DNA of 57,458 bases from positions 1 to 57,458 of the forward strand of contig CBFHUI010000006.1 of assembly GCA_965658725.1 (NCBI GenBank), read 5' to 3'. Below, in pieces: positions 44,787 through 54,623 of this stretch. The notes under the pieces were generated by a model. It saw nothing but the letters and a program-made list of their open reading frames with translations. It was not told the DNA's origin and searched no databases. Each line of letters starts with the position of its first letter. Position 1 is the stretch's first letter. A program made the translations under genes and the position numbers. Origin of the DNA: Alphaproteobacteria bacterium (GTDB lineage Bacteria; Pseudomonadota; Alphaproteobacteria; UBA7985).

Positions 44787-46256
44787 ATGAGAGAAACCTA
44801 TTTGTCCCACGACGCTACTGGCCTCGCGGCTCTTGTGGCCAGCGGGGAGGTGTCGGCCGAGGAGCTGCTCGATACCGCTCTGTCACTCGCCGCTGACCTC
44901 AACCCAGCCTTGGGCGCACTGGTTTTCATGCAGGAAGCCGTCGCCCGCCGGAACATCGCTGAGGGCCTGCCAGAGGGCCCGTTCAAAGGGGTTCCCTTCC
45001 TGCTCAAGGATCTGGGAGCGGCGGCGGTGGATTTTCCGACGTCACTGGGCTCCAAGCTGACCGAAGGCAAGCGGTGGAGCGTCGATTCTGAAATCTTCAA
45101 GCGGATCAAGGCAACTGGTGCGGTGCCGTTCTCCCGGACTGCTGCGCCGGAGTTCGGTGTGGGCCCGGCAACCGAGCCGCAGGTCTATGACCGCCCGGCA
45201 CGCAATCCGTGGAACCTGAACCACACCCCTGGCGGCTCGTCGGGCGGTGCAGGCGCAGCCGTGGCGGCAGGGATCGTCCCAGCAGCGCACGGCTCGGATG
45301 GCGGCGGGTCAGTGCGGATCCCGGCGTCCAGCTGCGGTCTGGTCGGCTTCAAACCAACCCGCGCGCGCTTGCCGGACGGACCGTTGGCGGGCGAAGGCTG
45401 GGGCGGGATGGCGATCGACGGCTTCCTGACCCGAACCCTGCGCGATACAGCACGTTTCCTCGATGCGTGCACAGGCGGCGACCTGGGCGCGCCCTACGCT
45501 GCGCCGCCCATGGCAGGCAGCTTCTCCGACGCGCTCACAGCTCGGCCAGAGCGTCTGCGCGTGCGCTTCCTTACCACGACGCTGAGCGGGGATGCCGTGC
45601 ATCCTGAATGCGTGGAAGCGGTCCACAAGGCCGCACACCTGCTTGAAGACCTTGGCCACGACGTTGCCGAGTACACGATCCCGGAAAGCTTGCGCGTCAC
45701 CGACATGATGGCGGCGTGGACGGATGTGGTTGCTTGCGGCACCGCGCTCTCTGTCGCGCGCGGTCTGGCCGAACGAGATCCCGGCGCGACGCTGAGCCGG
45801 GAGATGGTCGATGGCGTGACTTGGGGCGCAGTCGCCTACGCCAAGGGGGTCAGCGGGCAGGACTATCTTGCCGCGATTAACGAAATCCACGCTTTTGGCC
45901 GCCGGATGGCGGGTGTGCTGGAGGCCTGCGACGTGCTTGTCACTCCGACACTTGGCCAACCGCCTGCGAGGATCGGCCAGCTCAAGCCTGACAACACGGA
46001 TTTCTGGGACTACCGCAACGGTCCCGGCGGCGTGTTCGAGTATTCCCCCTTCTGCGCTGTCTTCAACGCCAGCGGCCAGCCCGCGGCGTCCCTGCCGCTG
46101 CACTGGTCGGCGGATGGCTTGCCGGTTGGGGTTCAGCTGGGCATGGCCTTTGGGGCGGATGAGCGGCTGATGACGCTCTGTGCTCAAATCGAGCAGGCTG
46201 CACCGTGGGCGGCGAAGCAGGGCGAGGTCCTCGGCTTAACGCCGCAAGCACGCTAA
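44787..46256 (+). CDS. Amidase signature family protein
   Basis: GVPFLLKD, GGSSGG, GSDGGGSVRIPASSCG, GLPVGVQL; start at MRETY after TAAGGA. Confidence 0.92.
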   Translation: MRETYLSHDATGLAALVASGEVSAEELLDTALSLAADLNPALGALVFMQEAVARRNIAEGLPEGPFKGVPFLLKDLGAAAVDFPTSLGSKLTEGKRWSVDSEIFKRIKATGAVPFSRTAAPEFGVGPATEPQVYDRPARNPWNLNHTPGGSSGGAGAAVAAGIVPAAHGSDGGGSVRIPASSCGLVGFKPTRARLPDGPLAGEGWGGMAIDGFLTRTLRDTARFLDACTGGDLGAPYAAPPMAGSFSDALTARPERLRVRFLTTTLSGDAVHPECVEAVHKAAHLLEDLGHDVAEYTIPESLRVTDMMAAWTDVVACGTALSVARGLAERDPGATLSREMVDGVTWGAVAYAKGVSGQDYLAAINEIHAFGRRMAGVLEACDVLVTPTLGQPPARIGQLKPDNTDFWDYRNGPGGVFEYSPFCAVFNASGQPAASLPLHWSADGLPVGVQLGMAFGADERLMTLCAQIEQAAPWAAKQGEVLGLTPQAR

Positions 46257-46296
46257 CGCGCAAGCGCAATCACCCTCGGCAAGGAAAGCCCCCTCT

Positions 46297-47181
46297 ATGG
46301 CCCGAATGAGCCCGCTTGAAATTCTCATGGCGCTGACTGTGCCGCTGGTTTGGGGCATGGGTTTTGTGCTGGCCAAAGGGGCCATCGACCTTTTCCCCCC
46401 GATCCTGCTCATGGCTTTCCGCTTCACGGTGACGGCGCTGCTGCTGGTGTGGTTCGTGCCAATTCCGCGCGGGAACCTGCGCTGGCTCTTCGCCATCGCC
46501 ATCGTCGCATGCGCGATCCAGTACAGCCTGACCTTTACCGGGCTGAAGGGGCTGGAAGCCGGTGTTGCGTCGCTGGTGGTGCAGTTGGAGGTGCCGTTTC
46601 TGGTGATCCTGGGCGCACTGCTGCTGCGGGAACGGCCAGAGGCGCGCAAGTGGGTGGGGATTATCATTGCCTTCATCGGCGTTGCGCTCATCGCCAACCC
46701 GCGCGCCTTTGACGGTAGCCTTATAGCGGTTGGGCTGGTCATCGGCGGCGCGCTGAGTTGGGCGCTGGGGCAAATTATGGTCCGGCGGATGAAGGATATC
46801 GCCGGGTTGCAGGTGACCGCTTGGACCGCGGTTTTCGCTGCCCCGCAGCTGTTCTTCATGTCGGCGGTCTTTGAGCGCGGGCAGGTGAGCGCTGTGCAAG
46901 AGGCGGCACCCATCGTCTGGCTGGCCGTGGCTTATCTGGGGATCGTGATGACGGCCTTTGGCTACTTCCTCTGGAACACGCTGATCCGCCGTCATGACGT
47001 AGGGCGGGTCGCGCCCTTTCTGCTGCTGCTGCCGCTCTATGCGTCGCTGGGCGGGGTGCTGTTCTTGGGTGAGCGGCCGACGCTCAACACGATTCTGGGT
47101 GGGGTGGTGATCCTGCTTGGGGTCGGGATCATCACGGTGCAGCGCCGTCGAAGCGCAAACGAGCTGGAGAAAGCGCGCTAG
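46297..47181 (+). CDS. EamA/DMT family transporter
   Basis: Two EamA repeats (VWGMGF..K, PP.LL..FRF, LRERP, LGE), about 10 TM segments. Confidence 0.9.
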   Translation: MARMSPLEILMALTVPLVWGMGFVLAKGAIDLFPPILLMAFRFTVTALLLVWFVPIPRGNLRWLFAIAIVACAIQYSLTFTGLKGLEAGVASLVVQLEVPFLVILGALLLRERPEARKWVGIIIAFIGVALIANPRAFDGSLIAVGLVIGGALSWALGQIMVRRMKDIAGLQVTAWTAVFAAPQLFFMSAVFERGQVSAVQEAAPIVWLAVAYLGIVMTAFGYFLWNTLIRRHDVGRVAPFLLLLPLYASLGGVLFLGERPTLNTILGGVVILLGVGIITVQRRRSANELEKAR

Positions 47182-48392
47182 AGGGCGTCTGTCGCGCTTT
47201 GGGCCGCTTTGGCCGGGTCTGGTCGCAGCATCGCAAGGACGACAAACACCAGCGCCGCGCCGATTGCCACCAGAATAAACCCGTGAGGCGTCCACATCTT
47301 CAGCCCCGCACCCGCAATCGGCGGACCGACCACACTGGCCGCGGTGTAGACGAACACCACCGCGCCATTCGCTGCTGCAAGGGCCGAACCGGTCAACCGA
47401 TTGCCCAAGTCCGCCAGCGCCAGCGAATACAGCGCCCAAACGGCACCGCCGAAGACGAACAGCAGCGGGATAAGCAGCAACAGATTAACCCCGACCACAA
47501 TGATCAGAACAGGCGCGATCAGCGAGACGATCCCGCACAGCCGCATGGTTTGGCGCAGGCCAATCCGGTCGGCCAGCATGCCAATGGGGAATTGGAGGAT
47601 GACGTTACCCACCATGAGCACCGACACCAGCACCATGGCCAGCACCACCGGCAGCCCCTGATCCGTGCTCCACAGCGGCAGGAACGCGGCAAAGGTGATG
47701 TCTGCAACGGACGCGAGCACAACGGCAAAGAACACCACGGGCATGGCAAAGATTATGCTCCAGAACGGCGGCGACTTTTCCGGTGCGATGCTCGGTGAGT
47801 AGCGCAGGATCGGCAGCAGCGGCACAACCGCGATGAACGAGAGCACGGCAAAGGCCGCGATTGCCAGATCGAGTTGGCTTTCGAACAGCGTCAGGACCAG
47901 CGGTCCCAGCGCAAAACCACCCGCCACAGCCGCACCGTAAATCGCCGTTGTTCGCGCGCGCCATTGCGGCTTGGTCGCCATGTTGATCCAGGTTTCCCCG
48001 AGCACCCACGGCACAGCCGTCGCCAGCCCGCTGCTCAACCGCAGCAGAATCCACAGCAGGTTTGAGTCGGTAAAGGGCAGCAGCGCCAGGCCGGGCAGGC
48101 TGGCCAGACTAAACAGCACCATGGACCGTGCCAGCCCCAGGGATGTCGCGATGCGGTAAGCCAGCGGGGCAATCAGCATGATCCCGAGCGGCTGAGCGGC
48201 GACGATGATGCCGATGGTCACTTCGTCAGTGCCGATCCCGTCCTGCTTCAGTGCGATCCACGGGATTATCCCGCCCAGCGAGACGCCCACCATGAACACG
48301 CTGGAGCACAGACCAGCGATGATGATGAGCCGTTCGCGGTCGGTCAGCGCTCCAAGAGCTGCCGCTGCGGAAGCACCGCCGGCGCTAGCCAT
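47178..48392 (-). CDS. MFS transporter (YcaD-like)
   Basis: About 12 TM segments, [24 protein letters not shown]; start overlaps the ATPase stop. Confidence 0.88.
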   Translation of the reverse strand: MASAGGASAAAALGALTDRERLIIIAGLCSSVFMVGVSLGGIIPWIALKQDGIGTDEVTIGIIVAAQPLGIMLIAPLAYRIATSLGLARSMVLFSLASLPGLALLPFTDSNLLWILLRLSSGLATAVPWVLGETWINMATKPQWRARTTAIYGAAVAGGFALGPLVLTLFESQLDLAIAAFAVLSFIAVVPLLPILRYSPSIAPEKSPPFWSIIFAMPVVFFAVVLASVADITFAAFLPLWSTDQGLPVVLAMVLVSVLMVGNVILQFPIGMLADRIGLRQTMRLCGIVSLIAPVLIIVVGVNLLLLIPLLFVFGGAVWALYSLALADLGNRLTGSALAAANGAVVFVYTAASVVGPPIAGAGLKMWTPHGFILVAIGAALVFVVLAMLRPDPAKAAQSATDAL

Positions 48393-49473
48393 GAACGTTC
48401 ATGGCCTTCATGATTATGCTCCGGTCGATCTCCCCGATCACCGCGCCTGCGTCGTCGAGGACGGCAAAGGGGGTGTCGATCTCTGCCGCTCGGGCAATAA
48501 TGGTGTCGATCTTGGCTGTTGCGCGCACCGAATGTGCCGGGTCGAGGCCATCGCGGGCACCACGCATGACCTTACCCACGGACAGAACCTTGTAGCGCGG
48601 TACGTCCTCCGTGAAGTCGCGCACGTAGTCGTCGACGGGGTTGGCAACGATTTCCTCGGGCGTGCCGATCTGAACGATCTCCCCGTCCTTCATGATCGCA
48701 ATGTTATCGCCCATTTTGATGGCTTCTAGGAAGTCGTGGGTGATGAACACCATGGTCTTCTGCAGCTTGTCCTGAAGATCCAGCAACTCGTCCTGCATCT
48801 CTCGCCGGATCAGCGGATCAAGCGCCGAGAAGGGCTCGTCAAAGAATAGGATCTCGGGGTCCATGGCCATGGCGCGCGCCAGTCCGACCCGCTGCTGCAT
48901 GCCGCCCGACAGCTCGCGCGGGAAGCGCTCGCCCCAGCCGCTCAACCCGACCAGATCAAGGATTTCGTTGGCCCGAGCGGTTCGCTTGAGCTTGCCGATG
49001 CCGCGCACTTCGAGGCCGTAGGAGATGTTATCGATGACGCTGCGGTGGGGGAACAGGCCGAAGTGCTGGAACACCATGGCGACCTTTGACCGGCGCAACT
49101 CGCGCAACTCTCCCTGTCCCAAACCGCGAACATCATGGCCGTCGATGGTGATTTCTCCGCCCGTGGGTTCGATCAGGCGCGTGAGGGTCCGCAGCAGCGT
49201 AGACTTGCCTGAGCCGGAAAGACCCATGATGACAAAGCACTCGCCGCGCTTGACCTCAAAGCTCACGTCCTTGACCGCCACCACGTGGCCTGTCGCTTCC
49301 TGGACCGCATCACGGGAAAGACTGCGATCGTGGGTTTCAAGCACCTGCTCGGCGTTGTTGCCAAAGATTTTCCAGACGCCTTTGGCTGAAATCATCGAGT
49401 CCACCGACCACTCCTCTCCCATAAATTCCGGTTTTGTGGCGGGGCTTTCCCCGATTGAACCCGCGCTCGCCAC
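48385..49473 (-). CDS. proV: Glycine betaine/proline ABC transporter ATPase
   Basis: [44 protein letters not shown]; the start may be 49422. Confidence 0.9.
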   Translation of the reverse strand: MASAGSIGESPATKPEFMGEEWSVDSMISAKGVWKIFGNNAEQVLETHDRSLSRDAVQEATGHVVAVKDVSFEVKRGECFVIMGLSGSGKSTLLRTLTRLIEPTGGEITIDGHDVRGLGQGELRELRRSKVAMVFQHFGLFPHRSVIDNISYGLEVRGIGKLKRTARANEILDLVGLSGWGERFPRELSGGMQQRVGLARAMAMDPEILFFDEPFSALDPLIRREMQDELLDLQDKLQKTMVFITHDFLEAIKMGDNIAIMKDGEIVQIGTPEEIVANPVDDYVRDFTEDVPRYKVLSVGKVMRGARDGLDPAHSVRATAKIDTIIARAAEIDTPFAVLDDAGAVIGEIDRSIIMKAMNVHG

Positions 49474-49573
49474 CTGATGTTGTCAGAAGAGTTAGACATG
49501 ATAGTCTGCAAACATCAACGAAGTCGTTGAGGACCGTTTTGGGAGGCGGTCTTTTTTCTGAGGAGTTTAGATA

Positions 49574-50512
49574 ATGAAGATTTTCAAGATTGCGGCTCTG
49601 GGCCTCGTGGCTCTGGCTTCAAGCGTCTCGATGGGCGTCAACGCATCCGCGCAAGGTCGCTTGACCTTTGCCGTGCCAGATTGGACCGGCGGCGCCGTGG
49701 GCTGCAAAATGGTCGCGAAAATTTTGGAACGTGAATACAAGTACAAAATCAAGCACGTAGAAATTCCATCTGGTCCGGCGACCCTCGAAGCCATCGCAGG
49801 CGGTGACATCGACGTGGGCTGTGAATTCTGGCCATCCTACAACCCGTCCAAGAGCGAGTACTTCACCGAGTGGGGCGGTCCGGGCACCATTAAGGTTCTG
49901 GGCGAAAACGGCGTCATCGGTAAGTCCGCTTACTACGTGCCACGCTACCTCGTTGAGGGCGACGATGCGCCCGCGAAGGATCTGAAGACCTTTGCTGACC
50001 TTTCCAACTACGTTGACCTGTTCGCGACGGTTGAGTCCGGCGGTAAGGGCCGTCTGATCGGTTGCCCTGCGGCGAACTGGGAGTGTGACGACCAGCTGCG
50101 TGCTGACGCCTACGGCGTTGACTTCGAGGCGGTTGCGCTGGGCTCCGCGACGGCTCACTGGGCTGAAATGCAGGGTGCCTTCAATCGCGGTGAAGCCTTT
50201 GTTGCTTACGCGTGGGAGCCACACTGGATCCACGCTGAACTGGATCTGGTTGCGCTGGAGCTGGACGACTACGGCGACGGTTCTGCGTGGCCGCGTTCGG
50301 GTTGGGCGGTTGACGTGACCGTGAACTACGGCGCTGCGACCCTCGAAGGCAAGCACGACGCAGCTCTCGACCTGATCCGCAACTCCACCATGCCGAACAG
50401 CGTTCAGGCCGGCCTGATCTACGACGTGGATATCAACGGCCGTGACGTTGAAGAGGTGGTTGACGAGTGGCTCGACGCCAACGAAGCACCCTGGAAGGCG
50501 TGGGTGCAGTAA
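49574..50512 (+). CDS. proX: Betaine/histidine-type ABC substrate-binding protein (ProX/HisX-like)
   Basis: Signal peptide, DW, EFW, GCPAANWEC and AWEPHW aromatic-cage motifs; codon bias suggests high expression; RBS GAGGAG. Confidence 0.85.
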   Translation: MKIFKIAALGLVALASSVSMGVNASAQGRLTFAVPDWTGGAVGCKMVAKILEREYKYKIKHVEIPSGPATLEAIAGGDIDVGCEFWPSYNPSKSEYFTEWGGPGTIKVLGENGVIGKSAYYVPRYLVEGDDAPAKDLKTFADLSNYVDLFATVESGGKGRLIGCPAANWECDDQLRADAYGVDFEAVALGSATAHWAEMQGAFNRGEAFVAYAWEPHWIHAELDLVALELDDYGDGSAWPRSGWAVDVTVNYGAATLEGKHDAALDLIRNSTMPNSVQAGLIYDVDINGRDVEEVVDEWLDANEAPWKAWVQ

Positions 50513-50552
50513 GCACCCGCACTTTGTGCTGAGCCTCTTAGGCTCAACGAAG

Positions 50553-50592
50553 CAGGCCGCAGCGAAACCCGCTGCGGCCTGTTTTCGTTTTT
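50553..50592 (+). terminator. Rho-independent terminator after the binding-protein gene
   Basis: caggccgcagcg-aaacc-cgctgcggcctg followed by ttttcgttttt. Confidence 0.85.
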
Positions 50593-50644
50593 GCTCCCCG
50601 CCCGCTGGTCGATCGGCCGAGAGAAAGGGGGGGAGGGGCCAGCT

Positions 50645-52792
50645 TTAGAGCCCCAGTGCCTTGCGCTGCTTGGCTGTCGCGGCGTTGGTGAGGCGGTCGA
50701 GGATGACTGCCAGCAGGACGATCCCAACCCCGCCAACCAAGCCGACGCCGGTATCGGCAACCGTCATGGCGCTGAACACCACCTTGCCCAGCCCTTCACC
50801 CGCTACCATGGGCGTAATGACTTGCATGGCCAGTGCCATGGCGATGGCCTGATTGACCCCCAGCATGATCGACGGGCTGGCCATGGGCAGCTTGACCTTG
50901 ATCAGGGATTGGGTCTCGGTCGAGCCGTAGGCGTCGCAGACCTCGCTGACCTGCGCGGGCAGTTGCTGGAGGCCCAGCATGGTCATCCGAACCATGGGCG
51001 GCAGAGCATAAATCACGGTCGCGATGATCGCCGTGACCTTGTTGCCGCCAAAGAGCATGAGCACCGGGATCAGGTAAACGAAGGTCGGCATGGTTTGCAT
51101 GGTGTCGAGCACCGGGCGGATGATCTGGTTTACGGTCCGGTTATAGGCTCCGAGAATCCCCAGCGGCAGGCCGACCACCACACAGACCGCCACAGACGCC
51201 AGCGTCGCGGCCAGGGTCTCCATCGTCGGCTCCCAGATCCCAGCGACGCCGGTGAGGAACATCAGGAAGGTGATGATCGCTGCCATCACCCAGCCGCCCG
51301 CCGCCCACGCCATCAGGAACAGGGCCGCAAGCAGATAGAACCATGGCAGGCCGACGAGGAACTGATCCAGCGGCTGTAGCAGGTAGAGGAAGATGACCGC
51401 CCGCAGGCCCTTGGAAAAGGCCGCGAACACCTTATTAGATGCCAGCCAGTCCACCGCCGTGTCCACCGGCTCACGCATGGTGAACATCAGGCTTTCCGGG
51501 TACCAGCCGATTGGCAGCACCCAAGCATCCCAAGCAAAAATCCCTGCGATAATCAGGACTGAGCTGACAAAGAAGCGGCGGGCGCGCAGGCCCTCGGCCA
51601 GACCTTGACCCAGCGGCTTGGAGAGCAGGCCCAGTGCTCGCTCCAGCCCGAGCGCCGTCGTATCAATCAGCGTGGTAAACACCCACGCCAGCCCGGTCCA
51701 TACCGCGTCGATCCCGCGCTCGAACAGCCGCGCTGGCGCAAAACGGTGCCAGCCCTGGGGAAGGAGGCGGAAGCGCATCTGGGTTTTATCGGCCAGTGCT
51801 TCTGCGTTGACCGGCTTGCTGATCGCCAGTGTCAGGCGGTCGAAGACAATGGCCATGAAGACGATGCACATCCCCGCCTCAAACGCCCAGCCAACCTTGA
51901 GCCGGATCAGCGCGGAATACACTTCACGGCCCAGCCCACCCGTGCCGATGAACACAGCCAGAACAGCAAGGCCCAGCGCCATCATGATGGTCTGGTTGAT
52001 GCCCAGAATGATCGAGGGAATGGCCTGCGGGATCTGAACTTTGACCATGGTTTGCAGGCGGGTCGAGCCAAAGGACTGCGCGACTTCAACAGACGTAGCC
52101 GGGACTTGCCTGATCCCCAGATTGGTCAGGCGCACGACCGGCGGCATGGCGTATATGATAATCGCCATCGCCGCGCCGGTTTCACCGATGCCAAACAGGA
52201 AGATGGCCGGCAGCAGATAGACGAAGGCCGGCATGGTCTGCATGGTATCGAGAATGGGGCGGACAAAGGCTTCAACCCGGTCGTTCTGCGAGCACCAGAT
52301 TCCCAAGGGCACGCCGAACATCACGGAAATCAGCACACAAACGCCCATGAGCGCCAGCGTGGACATCGCCGGATCCCACATGTCCATGGCGCCCCAGAAC
52401 ATCACGGCCAGCACGGTAAACAGCCCCAGCCGCAAGCCCCCAAACCGCAACGCCATCAGGCCCATGACCGCGACCACAAGGGGCCAAGGCCGGACTTGGA
52501 GGAAGTATTCGACTTCCTCGATAAAGCCCGTGACGACCTTGGCAATCGCGCGCGTGGTAGAGCGGACGTTGGCCTTGAGCCAGTCCTCGCCGTCGTTGAT
52601 CGCGGCGGCAAAGTCGAAGCGTTCGATGATGATGTTGGGGAACTCAAACCGGAACCCGAACAGGCGGTAGACCAGGATCGACACGATCAGCCCCGCCAGC
52701 CCCAGACCCATCACCGTGTAATTCACGCCGCCAATCACGATAAGGCGGGAAAGATCAAACGGTGCGCGTTCAGGCCGGGTGCTTTGGGTCAT
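50645..52792 (-). CDS. proW: Betaine ABC permease with two fused ProW domains
   Basis: RP.LDTMQTMP.FVYL.P, PP..R.T.LG..Q and GxNQ each occur twice; 715 aa. Confidence 0.9.
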   Translation of the reverse strand: MTQSTRPERAPFDLSRLIVIGGVNYTVMGLGLAGLIVSILVYRLFGFRFEFPNIIIERFDFAAAINDGEDWLKANVRSTTRAIAKVVTGFIEEVEYFLQVRPWPLVVAVMGLMALRFGGLRLGLFTVLAVMFWGAMDMWDPAMSTLALMGVCVLISVMFGVPLGIWCSQNDRVEAFVRPILDTMQTMPAFVYLLPAIFLFGIGETGAAMAIIIYAMPPVVRLTNLGIRQVPATSVEVAQSFGSTRLQTMVKVQIPQAIPSIILGINQTIMMALGLAVLAVFIGTGGLGREVYSALIRLKVGWAFEAGMCIVFMAIVFDRLTLAISKPVNAEALADKTQMRFRLLPQGWHRFAPARLFERGIDAVWTGLAWVFTTLIDTTALGLERALGLLSKPLGQGLAEGLRARRFFVSSVLIIAGIFAWDAWVLPIGWYPESLMFTMREPVDTAVDWLASNKVFAAFSKGLRAVIFLYLLQPLDQFLVGLPWFYLLAALFLMAWAAGGWVMAAIITFLMFLTGVAGIWEPTMETLAATLASVAVCVVVGLPLGILGAYNRTVNQIIRPVLDTMQTMPTFVYLIPVLMLFGGNKVTAIIATVIYALPPMVRMTMLGLQQLPAQVSEVCDAYGSTETQSLIKVKLPMASPSIMLGVNQAIAMALAMQVITPMVAGEGLGKVVFSAMTVADTGVGLVGGVGIVLLAVILDRLTNAATAKQRKALGL

Positions 52793-52971
52793 CGGGGCTT
52801 AAGTCCTTCAAGATGAATGCGCAAACACTGATACAGCCTTCTCAGAGGGTCAAGGTTGAAGCCTCGCTTTGCTTCGCGACTGGATAGAGGCCTGCGGGGC
52901 ATTTCCAAGCCTCGGGACTTAGGGCAAGGTAAGCACAAGAAAGCGCGATTTCAGGGACAGGAAGGCCTTTT

Positions 52972-54141
52972 ATGCACGACTTTTCAGCGCACTATGACTG
53001 GAGCTTTCCGGTGCCGGTTCTCTACGGTCCGGGACGCCTTGCGGAACTGGGCACGATCTGTGCCGGAAACGGCATGCGCAACCCGCTGGTCGTGACCGAC
53101 CGGGCGAGCGCGCACTTACCTTTCGTTCAGGGCGCGCTGGACGCGCTGGCTGCGGCGGGGTTGAGCACTGGGCTGTTCGCCGATGTATCTCCGAACCCGA
53201 CGGACACCGACGCTGCTCGCGGTGTGGCGCAGTTCCGGGCGGGTGAGCATGACGGCATCGTTGCAATTGGCGGGGGCAGCGGGATGGACGGAGGCAAGGC
53301 AATCGGCCTGCTTGCGTCCGGTCGTGACGATTTGTGGGTGTTCGACATGGATCGAGCGGCGGACGAAAGCCTCGGCGCTGGCGACTTCCCCCCGCTGGTT
53401 TGCATTCCAACCACCGCCGGGACAGGCGCGGAGACCGAAAGCACGGCCATGGTCACCGACACAGAAGAGTGGGTAAAGCGCTGCGTCTGGCATCCGACCT
53501 ACCACCCCCGCGCCGCCGTTCTTGACCCCGAAATCACCTTTGGCCTGCCGCGCAACCTGACCGCCTGGACCGGCGTTGATGCTTTGGTGCACGCGGTTGA
53601 GGCTTACACCGTGCCTGACTTCTACCCCATGTGCGATGGTATGGCGCTCGAAGGGCTAAGGTTGGTGCATCGCTGGTTGCCCGAAGCCCTTGAACAACCC
53701 CAGTCAGTCGCCGCGCGTGGCGGGATGCTGGTGGGGTCGTGCTTGGCTGGCGTGTCCTTTGTCAAAGGCTTGGGGCTGGTGCACTCGATCAGCCACATGG
53801 TGGGCGCCGAATACGACACGCAGCACGGCCTGACCAATGCCGTCATTCTCCCTGTTGTTCTGCGCTACAACGCCCCGAGCATCGCGGAGCAAGTTGGGCC
53901 AATGAGTGAGGCTATGGGGCTGAAAACACGGGATTTTGACAGCTTCCACCGCGAGATTTGCACCCGTCTGGACAGCTACGGCATCCCCACCTCTCTGGCC
54001 GAACTCGGCGTCGAGGAAAGCGCAGTTGAGCGGCTGTCGGTCAAGGCCTTCAACGATGCCGCAACCGCGACCAACCCGCGCCCTTCAACGCCTGAGGCCA
54101 TCGCTGCGCTCATCCGCGAGGCGCTGGTCGCCAGCCGCTAG
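52972..54141 (+). CDS. Iron-containing alcohol dehydrogenase family
   Basis: GGGSGMDGGK, PTTAGTGAE, DALVHAVE, GLGLVHSISH, HGLTNA. Confidence 0.9.
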   Translation: MHDFSAHYDWSFPVPVLYGPGRLAELGTICAGNGMRNPLVVTDRASAHLPFVQGALDALAAAGLSTGLFADVSPNPTDTDAARGVAQFRAGEHDGIVAIGGGSGMDGGKAIGLLASGRDDLWVFDMDRAADESLGAGDFPPLVCIPTTAGTGAETESTAMVTDTEEWVKRCVWHPTYHPRAAVLDPEITFGLPRNLTAWTGVDALVHAVEAYTVPDFYPMCDGMALEGLRLVHRWLPEALEQPQSVAARGGMLVGSCLAGVSFVKGLGLVHSISHMVGAEYDTQHGLTNAVILPVVLRYNAPSIAEQVGPMSEAMGLKTRDFDSFHREICTRLDSYGIPTSLAELGVEESAVERLSVKAFNDAATATNPRPSTPEAIAALIREALVASR

Positions 54142-54151
54142 CAGGCACGCG

Positions 54152-54562
54152 CTAATCAAAGATATCGTCGAGGGCGTCTTTGGCCTCATCAAGGAAGCGC
54201 TCCGCCAATGACTTGCGGCGGCGCTTCTTGTCTTTCTTCGGCTTTTTGGATTTCTTCTTCTTCGATGCCTTTGATCCGGTGCGACGGTCCTCGTCGTCAT
54301 CATCGTCGTCGTCAGTGTCGGTACGCCGGTTCCAGATCGCTGCAACACCAACGTCCGAGGCAGGCGCAGGCGCTGGGCGCGGCGGGGCCGGGCTCGGGTC
54401 GGGCTGCCACAGGCGGAGGTCGTCGAGCGGCGCAGCGCAGGCCGTGCAGGTCAGCTTGTGCCGCGCCGCCGCTGACATCACCAGCGCGGTACGCGTTCCG
54501 CAGTAGCGACAGGTCGCAATCTTGGTGGCGGCAGAGGGACGGGTGGAGGAGCGATCAGCCAT
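54152..54562 (-). CDS. Conserved hypothetical zinc-ribbon protein with acidic and basic low-complexity tracts
   Basis: KIATCRYCG..LTCTACAAPL, then DTDDDDDDED, then KKKKSKKPKKDKKRRRK, ending DALDDIFD. Confidence 0.75.
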   Translation of the reverse strand: MADRSSTRPSAATKIATCRYCGTRTALVMSAAARHKLTCTACAAPLDDLRLWQPDPSPAPPRPAPAPASDVGVAAIWNRRTDTDDDDDDDEDRRTGSKASKKKKSKKPKKDKKRRRKSLAERFLDEAKDALDDIFD

Positions 54563-54623
54563 AGTCGCGATATTGGTGTCATGCTTCACGGCTGCAAGGC
54601 CCGCTTGCAGGACCTGACCGGCT

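Noticed and set aside
49574-50512. TMAO-binding protein TmoX
   Set aside because: It lacks the TmoX signatures I recall (HNWSSQ, REDWWYP); CPxxWxC is more HisX/ProX-like.
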